Notes under the pieces: generated by a model
Database searches by the model: none
What the model was told of the DNA's origin: nothing
The model's input: the letters and a program-made list of their open reading frames with translations, nothing else
In this document: positions 18,653 through 28,289 of the stretch, piece after piece
Layout of the letters: every line of letters begins with the position of its first letter
How positions within the stretch are numbered: position 1 is the first letter of the stretch
NCBI GenBank assembly: GCA_016935015.1
Contig: JAFGRT010000122.1
Span: 76,310-140,309, forward strand
DNA: 64,000 nucleotides
From: Acidobacteriota bacterium
Lineage (GTDB): Bacteria; Acidobacteriota; JAAYUB01
Reading direction: 5' to 3'
Made by a program: the position numbers and the translations under genes

Positions 18653-20014
18653 CTAGAATATGGAAAATTTCACTTTCAAATATTTCTTGGGATTCTTGCG
18701 GATGTCATAGACCAGTTTGGCCATTTCGGCCAAGGACTGGCTCAGGTTCTCGTAGAGTTCCTTGTCCTTGAGCAGCATGCCCAGGGTACCCTGTCCCTGA
18801 TCGATCTGTTCCAGAATGGAGCGGATCTTCTCCAGGGAGTGGCGGGTCTCGACGAAGATGGCATCATCCACCGCGAGCTTGCCCAGGGTCCCCTCCCCCT
18901 TGTTGATGCGCTCCACGATGTGATCGATTTTGGTGGTGATGTTCTCCAAATTGTCGTACAGCTCTGCCTCATGAATCAGCTTGTGCATGGTGCCTTCCGA
19001 CTGGTTCAGCTTGCTGATGAACTGCTTGAGTTCCTTGACCGTATCGGTGATCTCGAGGTAGAGTTCCTTGCTGTGGATGATCTGGCCGAGGGTGCCCTCG
19101 CTCTCATGCAGGTCCTTAAGCAAAAGCTCCGCCTGATCGACAGCCTTGTCCAGGCTCTGGACCGTCGCCGTCAGGGAGTCATGGAGAACCGTGTTGTTGA
19201 TCAATTGACCGATGGTACCGTCCCCGGCATCCAGTTTGGTGGTGATACTGCGGACACTTTCCGAGATTTCGCCGAAATTGGCGATGAGATCGTTGGCGCC
19301 CACCATGAGCTGCCGGATGGTGGCTTCATTGACACCTTCAATAAAGATGTGACCTTCGTCCGTTTTCAAGGGTTTCTGCCCGGAACGCCCGATACTGACC
19401 TCCACATACTTGTCCCCCAGCAGACCGATGGAACCGATGCTCACTTCGGAATCTCTCTTGATCCATTCCGTAAAGTCCTCTTCAATTTTCAGCAGCAGGC
19501 GGATGTTCTGCAGGTTGTTCTGACTGATCTTGAGGTCCTGTTCGATTTTTTCGAGTGACAGCCGCAGGGAAGTGAGCCGCTCCCGCTCGTCCTGCAGGGT
19601 AATATTTACGGACTCTGTTTCCCGGCCGCCGGCCGTGGCATATTTCTCCTCCAGTTGCAGCACGCGGTCCTGGACTTCCTGGATCAGCCGCTGATAGCGT
19701 TGGATATTCTCCCGGTAGGTGGTGATTTTTTGCTGGGTTTCGATGTTGGCCCGTGTCTGGGGCAGATCCTGTTCAAGTGTAATCTCCTCCACGTTGCCGA
19801 CTTCGATGCCATTCAGCCACACCGGCGCTCCCGGTTTCAATCCCTCGATCGTGGGCAGATAGGAGACGGCTGTCGCGCGGGGGGCAAACAGTCCCCGGCC
19901 GCCGCTGACCCGGAAAATCATAAACAGCAGGATGGCGAAACTGCCGATTACGAATAATCCGACCCGAAACTCATGCCAACTGAATTTTTTCTTCTTTCTC
20001 TCCGCCAACGTCAT
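18653..20014 (-). CDS. mlaD: MCE/MlaD-family substrate-binding protein with helical insertion and GTLG repeats
   Basis: RVGLFV TM segment, GLKPGAPVWLNGIEVGNV, GLLGDKYVEV, repeated G.GT[IL]G.L units. Confidence 0.88.
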   Translation of the reverse strand: MTLAERKKKKFSWHEFRVGLFVIGSFAILLFMIFRVSGGRGLFAPRATAVSYLPTIEGLKPGAPVWLNGIEVGNVEEITLEQDLPQTRANIETQQKITTYRENIQRYQRLIQEVQDRVLQLEEKYATAGGRETESVNITLQDERERLTSLRLSLEKIEQDLKISQNNLQNIRLLLKIEEDFTEWIKRDSEVSIGSIGLLGDKYVEVSIGRSGQKPLKTDEGHIFIEGVNEATIRQLMVGANDLIANFGEISESVRSITTKLDAGDGTIGQLINNTVLHDSLTATVQSLDKAVDQAELLLKDLHESEGTLGQIIHSKELYLEITDTVKELKQFISKLNQSEGTMHKLIHEAELYDNLENITTKIDHIVERINKGEGTLGKLAVDDAIFVETRHSLEKIRSILEQIDQGQGTLGMLLKDKELYENLSQSLAEMAKLVYDIRKNPKKYLKVKFSIF

Positions 20015-20025
20015 CTCCCCTGGTC

Positions 20026-20820
20026 TTACGTTATGAATTCCTGGATGAAGGGATCATCGGCCCCCTTCAGTTCATTGAGATTGCCTTCGAACACGATACC
20101 GCCTTCCTTGAGAACGCTGAAACGGGTATGAATATAGCATACATCGTCCGTTTCGGAACTCAGAAGGACCGTTTCATTGTCGTTATCCAGCCGGGCCGTG
20201 TATGTGGACAGAAAGAATGCGGCGCTCAGGTCGCTGGTAACAACGATGGAAGTGACCCCTTCCAGGTCCCGCAACTTTACCATGAGATCACAGATAGAGC
20301 GCGCCGTGACAGGATCCAGTCCGGATGTCGGCTCATCGTAGATGAGGATGCGGGGGTTGCCCATCAGGGCTCGGGCAATGGCCACCCGGCGGCGCATTCC
20401 GCCCGACAATTCCGAGGGCATCATGTCGATGGTATGCTCTAGCTCAACAAAACTCAGCAATTGAAGGACCCGCTCCTCGATTTCCTCCTCGGACCATCCC
20501 CCCTCATCGTACAGGCGGTAGGCCACATTCTCACGCACTGTCAAAGAATCGAACAGGGCTCCTTCCTGAAAGACCATCCCCACTTTTTGGCGCACCGCCA
20601 TCATCTCGTTTTCGGTCATGCTGGACAGTTCGTGATCGGCCACCACGATCCGGCCGCTGTCGGCACGGACCAGACCGATGATGATTTTCATGAGCGTCGA
20701 TTTCCCCGAACCACTCGAACCAAGCAAGATCAGGCATTCAGCCGGACCGACATCCATGTGGATGTCCCGCAGGATTTGTTCACCGCCGAAACTGATGCTG
20801 ACATCTTCCAGATGAATCAT
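20026..20820 (-). CDS. mlaF: MlaF-type ABC ATP-binding protein
   Basis: GSSGSGKST, FQEGALFDSLTV, LSGGMRRR, YDEPTSGLDP. Confidence 0.9.
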   Translation of the reverse strand: MIHLEDVSISFGGEQILRDIHMDVGPAECLILLGSSGSGKSTLMKIIIGLVRADSGRIVVADHELSSMTENEMMAVRQKVGMVFQEGALFDSLTVRENVAYRLYDEGGWSEEEIEERVLQLLSFVELEHTIDMMPSELSGGMRRRVAIARALMGNPRILIYDEPTSGLDPVTARSICDLMVKLRDLEGVTSIVVTSDLSAAFFLSTYTARLDNDNETVLLSSETDDVCYIHTRFSVLKEGGIVFEGNLNELKGADDPFIQEFIT

Positions 20821-20824
20821 ACCC

Positions 20825-21589
20825 TTACCCGGTCAACTCGATGATCAGTTTGTTGAGGAAAAAATCGGAAATGATCACCATGATGGAGGCCGCCACCACC
20901 GCCTGGGTGGTGGATTTGCCGACACCCTGGGTCCCCCCCCAGGTTTCCAGCCCTTTGTAACAGCCGACCATGGAGACGATAAAACCGAATACCAACGGCT
21001 TGGTGAGCCCGCCGATGAGATCGTCATAGGTGATGGAATCAAAAGCCACCGACCAGTATAGGGATGAGCGCAGCTTGAGTTCGTAGAGAGACACCAACCA
21101 ACCGCCGATCAGGCCGAAAAAATCGCAGATGGCCGTCAGCAGGGGGCACATGGTCACGGTAGCCATCATCCGCGGTGTTACCAGTTTTTTTGTCGGATCG
21201 GTGCCCAGGGCGCGCATGGCGTTGATCTGGTCCGTGACGACCATGGAGCCCAGTTCCGAAGCGATACCGGAGCCGATCCGGCCCGCCAGCATCAGCGCCG
21301 TCAGCACCGGACCCAGCTCCCGGACCAGACTGACGGCCACCAGCTGCCCGGTGAGACCGACCGCCCCGAAAGACCGCAACGAGGCCGCCGACTGTAAGGC
21401 CAGCACGGCGCCGGTGAAAAATCCGGTCAGCAGAATGATCGTCAGGGATCCGACGCCGATGATATCCATCTGCTCGAAGGTATCCCGGATGTAGCGCGGC
21501 CGCCGGAAAAGATTGGCGATGGCACGGGTGCTCAACAGGGTAAATTTCTGGATTTGAATCAGTCCGGTGACGATAGCGTTTGCCAACAT
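20825..21589 (-). CDS. mlaE: MlaE-type ABC permease
   Basis: RELGPVLTALMLAGRIGS, ELGSM..TDQINAM, GGTQGVGKSTT. Confidence 0.92.
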   Translation of the reverse strand: MLANAIVTGLIQIQKFTLLSTRAIANLFRRPRYIRDTFEQMDIIGVGSLTIILLTGFFTGAVLALQSAASLRSFGAVGLTGQLVAVSLVRELGPVLTALMLAGRIGSGIASELGSMVVTDQINAMRALGTDPTKKLVTPRMMATVTMCPLLTAICDFFGLIGGWLVSLYELKLRSSLYWSVAFDSITYDDLIGGLTKPLVFGFIVSMVGCYKGLETWGGTQGVGKSTTQAVVAASIMVIISDFFLNKLIIELTG

Positions 21590-21685
21590 ATTTTTTCTTC
21601 AGAACCTGTTTTGGTTTAGGGCTGTCATGATACACTTTTTACACCACGCCTGCCAAGGAGATAATGCAGAGGCCTTTCAATCTCG

Positions 21686-22570
21686 CTACTCCCGGGGATG
21701 GTATTTCCGATAGATCTCCTGCAAACGGGTTTGGGTGACGAACGTATAGATTTGGGTAGTGGAAATGTCGGCATGGCCGAGCATCCATTGCACCGACCGC
21801 AGATCAGCGCCGTTTTCCAGCAAATGGGTGGCGAAAGAATGACGCAACAGGTGCGGTGTAATGCTTTGCCGGATCCCGGCGGCAACGCCGTACGCCTTGA
21901 TGATCTTCCAGAAACCCTGCCGGGTCATCTTCTGTCCGCTCCGGTTAACGAACAACCAATCAAGGGCCTTCTTGAGCATCAGGTTGCGTCCGTCACGCAA
22001 GTAAAGCCCGATCCAGGCCTGGGCCTCCTCGCCGATGGGGATGATGCGCTCCTTGCCGCCCTTGCCGAGGCAGATCAGGTACCCAATCTCCTGATTCAGG
22101 TCCGTGACTCTGACACGGACCAGTTCGGACACCCGTAAACCGGTGGCATACAGAAGTTCCAGCATCGCCTTGTCCCGGAGGCCGGCCGCTTTTCCGGTAT
22201 CCGGTTGGACCAGCAATCGCTCCACTTCACCTTGCGAGAGATACTTCGGCAACGCCCGCCATCTCTGTGGGGCTTCCAGCAACTCCGCCGGGTCTTTCCG
22301 GATGTGGCCGTCCATCAGCAGATATTTGTAGAATCCCTTGATGGCCGAAATATGCCGGGCAATGGAAGACGGCTTGTAATGATCGAGATAAAATGTCTTG
22401 AGGTAAACCAGCAGGTTTTCGCGCGCCACACCCAGGGGATCCAGTCCATTCCGCACCAGATAGTCTTGAAACCGGGCCAAATCCCGGCCGTAAGCCGCCA
22501 GGGAGTTTTCGCTGAGTCCTTTCTCCACCAGCAGATAATTCAGATATTCAGCGATATGATCGCGACTCAT
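21686..22570 (-). CDS. xerD: Tyrosine recombinase XerD
   Basis: LELLYATGLRVSEL, GKGGKER, HLLRHSFATHLL, LGHADISTTQIYT, YHPR. Confidence 0.93.
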   Translation of the reverse strand: MSRDHIAEYLNYLLVEKGLSENSLAAYGRDLARFQDYLVRNGLDPLGVARENLLVYLKTFYLDHYKPSSIARHISAIKGFYKYLLMDGHIRKDPAELLEAPQRWRALPKYLSQGEVERLLVQPDTGKAAGLRDKAMLELLYATGLRVSELVRVRVTDLNQEIGYLICLGKGGKERIIPIGEEAQAWIGLYLRDGRNLMLKKALDWLFVNRSGQKMTRQGFWKIIKAYGVAAGIRQSITPHLLRHSFATHLLENGADLRSVQWMLGHADISTTQIYTFVTQTRLQEIYRKYHPRE

Positions 22571-23205
22571 CCGATGTCTCTGAAAAATGGATTCTGTTCC
22601 TTTTCCCGCCCCACGGTGGTCGAAGGGCCATGGCCGGGAAAGAGCTCGACATCGTCGGGCAGGGGCAGGATCTTTTCGCGAATGGATTCGAGCAAGGTGT
22701 CATAATCACCACCCGGCAGGTCGGTTCGTCCCACGCTGCCTCTGAACACCGTGTCCCCTGCAAAGCAGGCCACGTCGGCCAGCAGACAACAGCCGCCGGG
22801 CGTATGACCGGGTGTATGCAGCACCTGGATCTCCACCTGGCCGACCATGACCGTGTCGCCGTCCCGCAGCAGGCGTTCCGGCGGCGGGGACGGCCGGGCG
22901 TTCAGGACAGGCGCCAACCCGAAGATATCTTCGCTCTTCAGCAGAGGCTCATCCAGGGCATGGAGGAGGACCGGAATCCGGAAATGGTCTGCAATATCCG
23001 AATTCCCGGCCACATGGTCGATATGACCATGGGTATTGATAATCATCGCCGGACGCCAGCCCCGCGCTTCGATCTCGCCGATGATACGGCCGGCTTCGGC
23101 ACCGGGGTCAATCACGGCCGCCACCCCGGTCTCCCGGCAGCAAAGGACATAGCAATTGACTTCCAGCGGACCAATGACCAGCCGCAGCATGTCAAAATTT
23201 TTCAT
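22567..23205 (-). CDS. MBL-fold metallohydrolase (glyoxalase II-like)
   Basis: THGHIDH, HTPGHTPG, GDTVF, GRTDLPGG, PGHG. Confidence 0.92.
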   Translation of the reverse strand: MKNFDMLRLVIGPLEVNCYVLCCRETGVAAVIDPGAEAGRIIGEIEARGWRPAMIINTHGHIDHVAGNSDIADHFRIPVLLHALDEPLLKSEDIFGLAPVLNARPSPPPERLLRDGDTVMVGQVEIQVLHTPGHTPGGCCLLADVACFAGDTVFRGSVGRTDLPGGDYDTLLESIREKILPLPDDVELFPGHGPSTTVGREKEQNPFFRDIG

Positions 23206-23226
23206 CAGCGGAATCTACCTTTTTTA

Positions 23227-25125
23227 TTATTTTTTTGAAGGGATCAGGCCGCGCACGATCGTACCCTTTTCAGGATTGATCGTGTGATCCAGCTTCCCCT
23301 CATGGCGGGCGTACACCTTTTGCAAAAGCAGATACTGAAATTCCTTGGCGAAGAGCGTCTCCAGCCGTTCACAGACGGCCTTGTCCAGCTTGTCCTCGGG
23401 TGTGTACCGGATCACGACCTGAATGGACCCGCCCTTGTGCTGCACATCGAGCAGCATCTTTCCTCCGGCGAGAAAATCAAGCAGCCGCAAGATAAACTGC
23501 TGCAGCGCCTGGGACATGATGGCCGGATCGATTTTCAGGACGTTCACATTCGGATCATGGTTGAACTCCACCCCGGTTTTCTTGGACAGCAGTTTGGATT
23601 TAAGGGGGGCCAGGACTTTTTCAAAAAACGGACCTGCCTGAATTTCCCTGATTTGCAGGGGATAATCCTTGTCGGTGATGACCTGAATAAGATCGAACTT
23701 CTGGAGAATCGATTCCAGGCGGTCCGTTTCCACCAGACAGTTCCGGACCCATTCCTGGCTGTTCGTTCCGGCTCCCGCGCCCGTCTCCTGGGTCATTCGC
23801 AGAAAACCGCGCAAATTGGTCAGGCTGACTTTCGCCCCCTGCACCAGCGAAAAGATGGAATTGAAACTGGCCATTTCCTGCAAAGCCTGCTGTTGGTGCA
23901 GCGCCATGTCTTTCTCCGCCAATTTTTCGGTCAGACTTTTAATTTCATCGCGTATTTTTTTCAGGGACCGCCGTTGATCCAGCTCCTGAAGCTCGAGGCG
24001 ATTGCGGGCTTTCATCATCAGGGAGGTCAGATCGGCCATCAGGAGCAGGGTTTCCAGTTCGAGAGGTCCAAAAGGGTGCGGCTCGGCGCATTCAAACACC
24101 AGATGCCCGGCGGGCGCTTCATCCAGCAGCAGCGGCAAAAGGAGAACGGCATTGATCCGTTCGTTATCCGGCTCAACAGAATATGCCTCGCGGAGAGCAT
24201 CCCGGGTGGCGGCGTACAGGAAACGCTCGCCTGCTTCAAACCGCCGGGCCAGTATCGGGAATAGACGATGAATCAGCTGGGAATCCAATAATTTGCCTTT
24301 TTTCAATTCGGGCAACGACTCCGGTGATTCGGAGGTGAGCGCAGCGACGTTCATCTGCACGAAGTGTTCACTGAAGAAACGGTGGAGATTTTCCAGCAGA
24401 GAATCGCAGTCTTCCTGGCTGCTGATTTCCACCAGATAGGTGGACAGCATCCGCGTCCGGTTGTTCAGTAGGCCGATTTCACTCTGCAACAGCTTGAATC
24501 TCACCAGAGACTCGAACATATGCCCCAGTTGGCGGATATCCGCTTCCGTTTCCGGGTCTGGACTCTTTTCCTGAAAGACCATCAATCCCCCCTGAATTTC
24601 CGCCTCTTTGACGAAGGGATAGATCGTCATCAACGGCAGATTCTCCGCCGGCTGGTTGGCCATCATAGCCGGAAAATCAGCCACGCGAACCGTTTGCAGC
24701 TTCCCGCGTGTCCTCGATTCACCGGTGAAAATATTCTCCAGCTGATCCATCGTGGCGGCGGGATCGAGGCAGCTCTCGGGATATGGAAAATGATGATCCG
24801 ATTGGCTGAATTTGTCCCGAAAAATCAGGGCAACGGCCTTCCATTGCAGCCAACTGCAGATTTCATCCAGCAGCAGGCGGAGTTGCTGGACGGATTCCGC
24901 GGGATCGGCTATGGCCGCCATGGTCTTGGCACGGAACGTCTGCTGGCGTGAATTCTCTTCATTCAACTGTCGCTGTTTCTTTTCGTTTAGCGTCAACTCC
25001 TGTTTGAGCCACCGGTTCTTGCGCAAAAAAACCATGAACAGGAAGAAAAAAACGACGATCAGCAACAGCCCCAGTAAAAGAAAATAATCAAAAATACTTA
25101 AAGACATCATGGTTGCAATGTTCAT
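23227..25125 (-). CDS. Membrane-anchored GAF-containing degenerate histidine-kinase-like protein
   Basis: N-terminal TM, GAF-like segments, coiled coil, and a HisKA/HATPase-like C-terminus lacking the H-, N- and G-boxes. Confidence 0.65.
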   Translation of the reverse strand: MNIATMMSLSIFDYFLLLGLLLIVVFFFLFMVFLRKNRWLKQELTLNEKKQRQLNEENSRQQTFRAKTMAAIADPAESVQQLRLLLDEICSWLQWKAVALIFRDKFSQSDHHFPYPESCLDPAATMDQLENIFTGESRTRGKLQTVRVADFPAMMANQPAENLPLMTIYPFVKEAEIQGGLMVFQEKSPDPETEADIRQLGHMFESLVRFKLLQSEIGLLNNRTRMLSTYLVEISSQEDCDSLLENLHRFFSEHFVQMNVAALTSESPESLPELKKGKLLDSQLIHRLFPILARRFEAGERFLYAATRDALREAYSVEPDNERINAVLLLPLLLDEAPAGHLVFECAEPHPFGPLELETLLLMADLTSLMMKARNRLELQELDQRRSLKKIRDEIKSLTEKLAEKDMALHQQQALQEMASFNSIFSLVQGAKVSLTNLRGFLRMTQETGAGAGTNSQEWVRNCLVETDRLESILQKFDLIQVITDKDYPLQIREIQAGPFFEKVLAPLKSKLLSKKTGVEFNHDPNVNVLKIDPAIMSQALQQFILRLLDFLAGGKMLLDVQHKGGSIQVVIRYTPEDKLDKAVCERLETLFAKEFQYLLLQKVYARHEGKLDHTINPEKGTIVRGLIPSKK

Positions 25126-25313
25126 TTCCCCCCTCCACTCCTTAGCCTTTTATTGGATACCGGCGATCGATGATCTGGATTGATTGATGTAAACGCTTTT
25201 TCTAGAAGTATTTTGACATATAACGGCCGTCGCTGTCAAACTTAAAGTTTTGCTTGCAAAGTATCCAAAAATCAATTATTTTTCTTACCCTGATATTGGT
25301 GAAGGTAAGATTC

Positions 25314-26018
25314 ATGCTAACCGAGAAAATCGGTCAAGGTGGGAAGTGGCTGCTGGATCGTCTGGTCGCCCTGCTCAGTGCCCTGCGGATCAACCCGAAC
25401 TTCCTGACCTTGCTCGGCTTTGTGATCAATATATTTGCGGCCTATTGCCTGGCCTACGGCCAGTTTCTCCTGGCGGCGGCGGTGATCTTTCTGGCCGGCG
25501 CCATGGACATGCTGGACGGCGCCGTCGCCCGCGTCACCCATACCGACTCCCCTTTCGGCGCCTTTTTTGACAGTGTCATCGACCGGTATTCGGACATCAC
25601 CCTCTATCTGGGCCTGATCATCTATTTCGGCCGGGCAGACCGCATGGAGTACGTCGTGTTGGTGGGCATCTGCATCATGGGCTCCATGATGACCAGCTAC
25701 ACCCGGGCCCGGGCCGAAAGTCTCATCGATGCCTGTAAGGTCGGTTTTCTGGAGCGTCCGGAGCGGGTGGTGCTGCTGATCATCGGCACCATCTTCAACC
25801 GGGTGGAACACGTGCTCTGGGTCATCGCCATTCTGTCCAACTGGACGGTCATCAGCCGCATTTTCTACACCCACCGCGAACTCGGCAAGGTAAATATCTT
25901 CCTGCCCATGCAGCATACACCATCCCCCGCCCCGCCGGCTGCCGGAGATGAGACGGTGGCTGCGGCCGAGCTGCCCTCGGGCGATGAGGAGCCAGGACAT
26001 TCATCCAGTGACGAATAA
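25314..26018 (+). CDS. CDP-alcohol phosphatidyltransferase
   Basis: INPNFLT and DMLDGAVAR....SPFGAFFDSVIDRYSD signature. Confidence 0.92.
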   Translation: MLTEKIGQGGKWLLDRLVALLSALRINPNFLTLLGFVINIFAAYCLAYGQFLLAAAVIFLAGAMDMLDGAVARVTHTDSPFGAFFDSVIDRYSDITLYLGLIIYFGRADRMEYVVLVGICIMGSMMTSYTRARAESLIDACKVGFLERPERVVLLIIGTIFNRVEHVLWVIAILSNWTVISRIFYTHRELGKVNIFLPMQHTPSPAPPAAGDETVAAAELPSGDEEPGHSSSDE

Positions 26019-26028
26019 CCCCGGCGTT

Positions 26029-27252
26029 TCATTTTTTCCCACCGACCGTTCGTCTTAGTAGATCACCCGACGCAACCGGAATATCGGGCCGAACCCAGAC
26101 CGTGAGTCCGGAATGGGCTTTTTCCGTCCATTCCCCGCGGTGATTGCGGATGGTTTCCAGGCGCACGGTCCGTAGGCCATCCGGCCGAAAGACTTCCAGC
26201 CGTTCCCGCCGGTCGAAGGTATTTTTTACATGAAGTTCCACGCCGTCGGCCTGTCTTTCGCCGAACAATCCGCAAAAAACGGCACTCTCCCCGTCCGGGG
26301 GCAGCATGTTTGCGATTTCGGTCAAATCCGTCGCCCCTGTCAGAAAGCCGGTGGTATAGCCCCGGTTGGGCAATCGGCACAACTCCTCCTCCCATTTGGA
26401 TTTCATGACGGGCCAGGTGCGGGGGGCGTGCTGGAGGCTGTCCAGGGCCTGCCGATAAACCGCCGTCGTCACTGCCGTATAATAAACGGATTTCATGCGC
26501 CCCTCGATTTTCAGCGCCCGGGGGCCGGCTGTCACGAGTTCCGGCAGCACGGGCAGAGCCCACAGGTCCCGGCTCGAAAAGATACGGGTGTAGTCGGGCC
26601 CCTCGTCCACTTCGTACCATTCACCCTGCCGGCTTTCTTCCGTCACGCGGTAACGCCAGCGGCAGCTATGCGCGCATTCCCCCTGGTTGGCGTCCCGTCC
26701 GGCCAGATATGTGCTCAGGAAGCAGCGGCCGGAGTAAGCCATGCACTGGGCACCGTGAATGAATACTTCCAGCTCGCCGTCGGGCACGGCCCTGCACAAC
26801 CGGCGGATCTGGGCGATGGACAATTCGCGCGCCAGGATGATCCGGCGGACACCCTGACGAAACCAGAAAGCCGCCGCCGCGGAGCTGAGCGTATTGGCCT
26901 GGGTGGAGAGATGAATATCGGTCCCCGGCAGGAGTTCCCCAACCAGATCCAGAACGCCAGGGTCGGACACGATCACCGCATCCACTCCCACATGCCCGAT
27001 TTCCTTCAGGCCTAACCGCAGTGCATGCCAGTCGTCGTCGGTCGGGAAGATATTGGCTGCCAGGTAGACTTTTCTCCCACGAACATGAGCCGTATCCACC
27101 AGATGGGTCAGTTCGGCCACTGACACGCCTTCCGCTTGCCGGCGCAGGTTGAAACCCGGCAAACCGCAGTAGACGGCGTCGGCACCGAAATGGAGTGCCG
27201 TCAGTCCTTTGGCCAGCGTTCCAGCCGGGCTGAGAAGCTCGACGGCTGACAT
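26029..27252 (-). CDS. U32-family protein (TrhP-like tRNA hydroxylation protein)
   Basis: ELLSPAG, GADAVY, HLSTQAN, HGAQCMAYSGRC...GECAHSCR, LKIEGRMKS; ATG overlaps the mltG stop. Confidence 0.88.
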   Translation of the reverse strand: MSAVELLSPAGTLAKGLTALHFGADAVYCGLPGFNLRRQAEGVSVAELTHLVDTAHVRGRKVYLAANIFPTDDDWHALRLGLKEIGHVGVDAVIVSDPGVLDLVGELLPGTDIHLSTQANTLSSAAAAFWFRQGVRRIILARELSIAQIRRLCRAVPDGELEVFIHGAQCMAYSGRCFLSTYLAGRDANQGECAHSCRWRYRVTEESRQGEWYEVDEGPDYTRIFSSRDLWALPVLPELVTAGPRALKIEGRMKSVYYTAVTTAVYRQALDSLQHAPRTWPVMKSKWEEELCRLPNRGYTTGFLTGATDLTEIANMLPPDGESAVFCGLFGERQADGVELHVKNTFDRRERLEVFRPDGLRTVRLETIRNHRGEWTEKAHSGLTVWVRPDIPVASGDLLRRTVGGKK

Positions 27253-28289
27253 CACTGCCATCGCTGATATTGCTGGACGGCCCGATTGTGGGTCTCCAGA
27301 TCCGCCGAGAAAAGGTGGCGTCCGTTGTTCATGGACACGAAGTAGAGGTAGCGGGTCCGAGGCGGTTGCAGGACCGCCCGCACCGCCGACAGACCCGGAT
27401 TGCAGATGGGGCCGGGGGGCAATCCGGGGGAGGCATAGGTATTGTAAGGCGATTCGCGACGCAGATCGCTGACATTGACCTTGCCGTCCCACCGTCCCTT
27501 GGCCAGCCATTCGGCGTAGATCACCGTCGGATCGCACTGCAGTTTCATCCCCTTGGCCAGCCGGTTATAAAAAACGGACGCGATGAGAGGCTGTTCCTCC
27601 CGAACGCCGCTCTCTTTCTCCACCAGGGAGGCCAGGGTGACGATTTCTTGCAGACTGAGTTTCGGGGCGGCGGCGGTGATTTCCGGCCAGACCAGGTCAT
27701 CGAAGCGCTGCCGCATGGTCCGGACGATTTGACGTTCATCGTAGTCCAGCGGAAAGGAATAGGTGTCGGGGAAAAGATATCCTTCCAGAGTTTGAGATTC
27801 TTCGGCATACTCGGGTATCAGGGATCGATCCTCGAACAGCCGCATGTATTCCTCGTAGTTCCCCAAACCCTCGGCCGCCAAATGACGGAAGCAGCGTGAC
27901 GCCGTCCAGCCCTCGGGGAAAGTCATCTTCAGGGTGGCAATACGCCCTTCCACCAGAATCTTCGCCACTTCCTGCATGGTCAGGGGTTCGGAAAAATTGT
28001 ACGCCCCGGCCTTGACCTGATGGGCCATCCGGTTGAGGCGGAGATAGTAGACAAAAAGTTCCTGCTCGGCGATGACCCCCTGCTCTTCGAGTAGCTCGGC
28101 GATAGCCGGCGCACGCATGCCCTGCAGGATCAGCAGTCGACGATCGGGTGCCAGATATCCCTGATAGGGCGTGCTCACCGTCAGGCGAATCCAGTGTGCC
28201 CATCGGGCCGAAGGGAACGCTCCGGCCAGAAGGACCACCGCAAGCAGGATAAGGCCGAGCCGTTTATTACCACTCCTTGCAGACGACAG
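27252..28289 (-). CDS. mltG: Endolytic transglycosylase MltG (start uncertain, see findings)
   Basis: TFPEG, LEGYLFPDTY, LASLVEKE, LQCDPTV, SPYNTY..GLPPGPICNPG. Confidence 0.92.
   Translation of the reverse strand: MSSARSGNKRLGLILLAVVLLAGAFPSARWAHWIRLTVSTPYQGYLAPDRRLLILQGMRAPAIAELLEEQGVIAEQELFVYYLRLNRMAHQVKAGAYNFSEPLTMQEVAKILVEGRIATLKMTFPEGWTASRCFRHLAAEGLGNYEEYMRLFEDRSLIPEYAEESQTLEGYLFPDTYSFPLDYDERQIVRTMRQRFDDLVWPEITAAAPKLSLQEIVTLASLVEKESGVREEQPLIASVFYNRLAKGMKLQCDPTVIYAEWLAKGRWDGKVNVSDLRRESPYNTYASPGLPPGPICNPGLSAVRAVLQPPRTRYLYFVSMNNGRHLFSADLETHNRAVQQYQRWQ

Noticed and set aside
21686..22570. Phage or island integrase
   Set aside because: Typical chromosomal XerD among housekeeping genes; no att site or cargo.
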